Assembly (NCBI GenBank): GCA_002269645.1
Contig: NIVC01000554.1
Span: 48,340-112,339, forward strand
Source: Macrostomum lignano
Taxonomy: Eukaryota
Direction: 5' to 3'
Length of the DNA: 64,000 bases
Part shown: positions 60,940 through 64,000 of the stretch, piece by piece
Position numbering within the stretch: the first letter of the stretch is position 1
Layout of the letters: each line of letters begins with the position of its first letter
Program-made: the position numbers and the translations under genes
The notes under the pieces: model-generated
What the model was told of the DNA's origin: nothing
The model's input: the letters and a program-made list of their open reading frames with translations, nothing else
Databases searched by the model: none

Positions 60940-63362
60940 TCACTCTATAGCTCCGTAGTTGCCACCCGGTGGATCCAGCACCTGGGCCGAGGCGCGAACT
61001 CGCTGGCGCGCATCTTGAGAAGTCTCGCTGAGCAGGCCATCGTCTTCTTCGTTCATCAGCTTTGGGAATTTTAAAAGATAAGGGGAAAAGTTACTAACTA
61101 ACAAGATGATGAGGCTTTTAGTTATGTCAGTCAAAGTATAGCTACTCTCGCCGTTTACCCAAAATTCTTTAATGTCTGGACTTAATTACCCTGTAAGCGT
61201 CATCATCCTCCAGTGTCTCGTACTTGGCTCCACGATAGATGACCTTCTTATGGTGCAGGTAGAGTACAATCATGTCGCACAGGACCGTCGCCTGGTAGAG
61301 AATGTAAAGAGCAAGGCATCATCATTAAACCTTCGATTTTTTAACTATTTCAATCTAAAATAGTACCGTTTTTCGATCAATCTAGAAGAGTGCCATTTTC
61401 GATCTAGAAGAGTGCCATTTTCAATCTATAAGAGTGCCATTTTCAATCTAGAAGAGTGCCATTTTCAATCTAGAATGCCAATCTAGAGTGCCATTTTCAA
61501 TCTAGAAGAGTGCCATTTTCAATCTAGAAGAGTGCCATTTTCAATCTAGAAGAGTGCCACTTTCAATCTAGAAGAGTGCCATTTTCAATCTAGAAGAGTG
61601 CCATTTTCAATCTAGAAGAGTGCCATTTTCAATCTAGAAGAGTGCCATTCTCAATCTAGAAGAGTGCCATTTTCAATCTAGAAGAGTGCCATTTCCAATC
61701 TAGAAGAGTGCCATTTTCAATCTAGAAGAGTGCCATTTTCAATCTAGAAGAGTGCCATTTTCAATCTAGAAGAGTGCCATTTACAATCTAGAAGAGTGCC
61801 ATTTTCAATCTAGAAGAGTGCCATTTTCAATCTGGAAGAGTGCCATTTTCAATCTAGAAGAGTGCCATTTTCAATCTGGAAGAGTGCCATTTTCAATCTA
61901 GAAGAGTGCCATTCTCAATCTAGAAGAGTGCCATTTTCAATCTAGAAGAGTGCCATTTTCAATCTATAAGGGTGCCATTTTCAATCTAGAAGAGTGCCAT
62001 TTTCAATCTAGAAGAGTGCCATTTTCAATCTAGAAGAGTGCCATTTTCAATCTAGAAGAGTGCCATTTTCAATCTAGAAGAGTGCCATTTTCAATCTAGA
62101 AGAGTGCCACTTTCAATCTAGAAGAGTGCCATTTTCAATCTAGAAGAGTGCCATTTTCAATCTGGAAGAGTGCCATTTTCAATCTAGAAGAGTGCCATTT
62201 TCAATCTGGAAGAGTGCCATTTTCAATCTAGAAGAGTGCCATTCTCAATCTAGAAGAGTGCCATTTTCAATCTAGAAGAGTGCCATTTTCAATCTAGAAG
62301 AGTGCCATTTTCAATCTTAAAAAGTGCCATTTTCAATCTAGAAGAGTGCCATTTTCAATCTAGAAGAGTGCCATTTTCAATCTAGAAGAGTGCCATTTTC
62401 AATCTAGAAGAGTGCCACTTTCAATCTAGAAGAGTGCCATTTTCAATCTAGAAGAGTGCCATTTTCAATCTATTGATAGAATGACACATGAGGGCCAACC
62501 CTCAAGTTAGAGAGTTTACATGCCTGATCATTAGAAATCTGAGTTTAGTTATCAGAATCCATGATGAATGCAGGAAAAAATTGCTAACATGAAACTAATT
62601 TTCGATACATATCGGGCAGCACTCACAATACCAGTAGAGCTAGCCCGGAGCCAAGGTTCATAGTCAGCGGGATGACATTGAAGCGGCCAGCCCTGCCAGT
62701 CACGTAGACAACAAATCTCAGACCGTAGGCTTTGATCAGAGTCCGGTGATCCGTGTCGTTAATCCGATAATAATTGGCGTAACGAAAATTCCAGCCTTTA
62801 GCAATTTTTGTGTTCTCATCGTCAAGTCGGCGAAATCTGTAAGTCGGATTACAGTAGGAGGCGTCCCAGTCCAGGTTGCAGTCCCAGTTCACCGTGATGG
62901 ACACCACGCCGCCCTGCAAGTGTTTGGCGAAGTCAATAAAAATAATAATAATTGACTCAACCGACAGCTCAGCCGCAGCAGCATGGGGGTTCACCACACA
63001 GCCTCAATCACCCCAGCTAATGCTGGCACCCATTTTACAGCTGGGTGAACTGAAGCAATGCAGAGTTAAGTGTCTTGCTCAAGGACCCAAATTGTTCCGA
63101 GTGTGGGTCGGGAATCGAACCCTCGACCTTTCAGTGGTGAATCCGACGCTCTGACCACTGGGCTACAACCCCTTGTCCATTTAATCCATACAAGCATAAT
63201 AACAGGTGGTCACTCACCACTGTGGCAATTTTAGTGAAATTATCGATGCCAGCCAGTTTAAGAATGTCGCCAATTCGAAACACTGGGCAGTACATATCCG
63301 TGTCAGGGTTGTACACACAGTTCTGCAGCTGGCTTGAGTTGTAATAATCTAGCACGTTGCGG
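60940..63362 (-). CDS. P2X purinergic receptor (P2X4-like), 3' part. Exons 63362-63218, 62913-62627, 61291-61190, 61059-60940; 5' exons lie beyond the window
   Basis: CPVFRIGDI, GGVVSITVNWDCNLD, C.P.YRFRRLD, GWNFRYA, RTLIKAYGLRF, TM2 GSGLALL..ATVLCD, and YRGAK (YxxxK motif). One junction is 1 nt out of frame (see findings). Confidence 0.92.
61385..62470. repeat. Intronic minisatellite, 22-bp unit TCTAGAAGAGTGCCATTTTCAA
   Basis: About 49 copies in a P2X intron. Confidence 0.97.
62938..63172 (-). mobile_element. tRNA-derived CORE-SINE, copy 2, in a P2X intron
   Basis: Reverse complement shares the head, CORE and GCTGCGGCTGAGCTGTCGGTTG 3' segment with copy 1; ends in (ATT)n. Confidence 0.8.
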
Positions 63363-63469
63363 CTGAAGTTTTGGTAAATGTCACATCGTTTCTAAGAGCT
63401 AATACTTAATACTTAAGCACAGTTGAACATCAGTGTGAGAAATGAAAAATCAACAGAACGAATCACCAA

Positions 63470-64000
63470 CCCCACTAAATGACCGGAAGTGAGGAATCCC
63501 CAACCCCACTAAATGACCGGAAGTGAGGAATCCACAACCTCGCTAAATGACCGGAAGTGAGGAATCCCCAACCCCAAAATGACCGGAAGTGAGGAATCAC
63601 AACCACAGAAAAAGACCGGAAGTGAGGAATCCCCAACCCCACTAAATGACCGGAAGTGAGAATCCACAACCTCGCTAAATGACCGGAAGTGAGGAATCCC
63701 CAACCCCACAAAATGACCGGAAGTGAGGAATCACAACCACAGAAAAAGACCGGAAGTGAGGAATCCCCAACCCACTAAATGACCGGAAGTGAGGAATCCA
63801 CAACCTCGCTAAATGACCGGAAGTGAGGAATCCCCAACCCCACAAAATGACCGGAAGTGAGGAATCACAACCACAGAAAAAGACCGGAAGTGAGGAATCC
63901 CCAACCCCACTAAATGACCGGAAGTGAGGAATCCACAACTCGCTAAATGACCGGAAGTGAGGAATCCCCAACCCCACAAAATGACCGGAAGTGAGGAATC
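63470..64000. repeat. Intronic minisatellite, 33-35 bp unit with invariant GACCGGAAGTGAGGAAT core
   Basis: 16 copies counted in the window; the array runs off the edge. Confidence 0.95.

Overview
Eukaryotic genomic DNA, not prokaryotic. It has GC-rich spliced exons, AT-rich intergenic DNA, and most longer introns are filled by their own minisatellite. This style suggests a repeat-rich invertebrate such as the flatworm Macrostomum (inference only). Host genes: 3' part of exportin-4 (1-3539, +); a single-exon neuropeptide-precursor-like ORF (9479-9820, +); PIG3/TP53I3-like quinone oxidoreductase (15064-17969, +); two tandem 6-exon DEG/ENaC channel paralogs (19628-23468 and 27741-36427, +); intronless RPS29 (38336-38503, -; too short for the ORF track); a RING/coiled-coil TRIM-like gene (56887-59335, +); and the 3' part of a P2X receptor (60940 to beyond 63362, -). 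Mobile elements: an intact Ty3/Gypsy element in a DEG/ENaC intron (29967-34594, 172-bp LTRs, CTGAG TSD); a young non-autonomous gag-only LTR element (41967-47740, 1021-bp LTRs, AAAC TSD); a Mutator/foldback-like element with ~730-bp TIRs, a 9-bp TSD and a Ulp1-protease fragment (50205-52679); decayed Tc1/IS630, Penelope and RTE fragments; and two tRNA-derived CORE-SINEs. The most striking unexplained structure is in the U5 end of the gag-only element's LTR: a polarised array of seven 'LTR-end + tRNA-Leu primer-binding-site' repeats separated by unique spacers. All coordinates and comparisons were read by eye; nothing was searched or computed.
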